64,000 nt of DNA. Origin: an uncultured Pelagibacteraceae bacterium (GTDB lineage: Bacteria > Pseudomonadota > Alphaproteobacteria > Pelagibacterales > AG-422-B15). The notes under the pieces were generated by a model. That model was not told the DNA's origin. It worked only from the letters and a program-made list of their open reading frames with translations, and searched no databases. Positions 63,129 through 64,000 of the stretch are shown here, one piece after another; position 1 is the first letter of the stretch, and each line of letters starts with the position of its first letter. A program made the position numbers and the translations under genes. The stretch covers positions 6,936-70,935 of the forward strand of contig CACLBX010000002.1 of assembly GCA_902605215.1 (NCBI GenBank). The letters run 5' to 3'.

Positions 63129-64000
63129 TGAAAGCTAGTAATTGGATTTACATCAAGATCATTATTTCGTAGTTCTTTGATAGAATTTATTGCTGCTCGT
63201 GCTCCAGATATTGTTAGAAAGTAGGGCAGACTTTTCATCAGCGCCGTTCTTCTCACGCTAAAGGAGTCATTTATAGATTTCCTACCCTCTGTTGTATTGA
63301 TCAGTATATCTATTTTCTCATCTAATAAATCTTCTACAATGTGAGGCGAACCTTGTGATACTTTATTAATTTTATTTACACTAATTCCTTGATCCATCAA
63401 ATATGAAGCTGTGCCATGCGTAGCCTTAATTTTAAATCCAAGTTTTTGAAAGGATCTAACAATGGGTACTATTTTTGGTTTATCAGAATTCTTAACGGAT
63501 ACGAATAAATTACCTTTTTTTGGAAGAGGGTTTGATGATGCTAATTGGCATTTGATAAATGCTGCTTCAAATGATTTATCAATCGCCATGACTTCTCCTG
63601 TCGACTTCATCTCAGGACCTAATATTGTGTCAACATTTGGAAATCTTTTGAAAGGAAACACGGGTTCCTTAATTGAAATGTATTCTTTTTTACTTTCTTT
63701 GAAATCTCTCTTATTTAATTTCTTACCCATTGCAACATTTAGTGCAATCTTAACAACTGGGTTTCCTGTTGCTTTTGCAACAAAAGGAACTGTTCTACTA
63801 CTTCTAGGGTTAACTTCTAAAAGGAAGATATTATTGTTTTGTATAGCAAATTGAATATTTAAAAGACCTTTTACATCAAGTGCTATTGCAAGTTTTTTTG
63901 TTTGTTTTTCAATATCTTTTATAATTTTTTCTGACAAAGAATAAGGAGGAAGTGTGCAGGTCGAGTCACCTGAGTGTATTCCCGCTTCTTCAATATGTTC
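63125..64000 (-). CDS. carB: Carbamoyl-phosphate synthase large subunit, C-terminal part (5' end outside window)
   Basis: The frame stays open to nt 64000 (EHIEEAGIHSGDSTCTLPPYSL..), so the track's M at 63937 is an internal TTG. The C-terminal MGS-like allosteric domain is present. Confidence 0.93.
   Translation of the reverse strand, partial: EHIEEAGIHSGDSTCTLPPYSLSEKIIKDIEKQTKKLAIALDVKGLLNIQFAIQNNNIFLLEVNPRSSRTVPFVAKATGNPVVKIALNVAMGKKLNKRDFKESKKEYISIKEPVFPFKRFPNVDTILGPEMKSTGEVMAIDKSFEAAFIKCQLASSNPLPKKGNLFVSVKNSDKPKIVPIVRSFQKLGFKIKATHGTASYLMDQGISVNKINKVSQGSPHIVEDLLDEKIDILINTTEGRKSINDSFSVRRTALMKSLPYFLTISGARAAINSIKELRNNDLDVNPITSFH

Overview
This is a very AT-rich window (about 30% GC by eye) with extreme gene packing. 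I call about 73 protein genes and one tRNA. Almost every spacer is under 70 nt, and the largest is about 180 nt. Gene content and order are alphaproteobacterial: a split F0 operon atpI-B-E-F'-F with two b subunits, ccrM, DUF1285, an ELM1/DUF1022 gene, petABC, and coxBA-ctaB-ctaG-coxC-surf1. Together with the compaction, this fits a streamlined marine SAR11/Pelagibacterales-like chromosome; that assignment is inference and was not searched.

The content is overwhelmingly core housekeeping:
- Respiration: aa3 cytochrome oxidase plus assembly genes, ATP synthase F0, ETF-QO, hemF and the bc1 complex.
- DNA maintenance: smc, mutY, ccrM, rnhA, rnhB, UDG, uvrB and uvrC.
- Translation: the prs-rplY-pth-ychF cluster, cca, trmL, greA and tRNA-Gln.
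- Biosynthesis: amino-acid genes (thrC, thrB, proC, ilvE, an aspartate aminotransferase, partial carB), purine salvage (AzgA permease, gpt) and lipid genes (lgt, pgsA, ispE).
- Regulation: one MarR/OmpR/EnvZ-like module and one Lrp.

I found no mobile elements, integrases, CRISPR arrays, long repeats, prophage or defence-island genes, and no rho-independent terminators. I do not see a clear-cut novel multi-gene system.

The leads most worth a second look are:
1. An 864-aa SMC that appears to lack a hinge domain.
2. A GMC oxidoreductase / membrane-anchored Ntn acylase / acyl-CoA ligase module at the left edge.
3. A translationally coupled string of ELM1-like, orphan 2OG-oxygenase-like and Lrp genes.
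4. Three GANTC sites packed into the 69-nt ccrM leader.
5. A family-4 UDG missing two of its four Fe-S cysteine ligands.
6. A maoC-EEP-crcB string with no visible fluoride riboswitch.
7. Pervasive overlapping stops and starts that leave no room for promoters or terminators.

All functional calls rest on motif and family recognition by eye. No database search was run.
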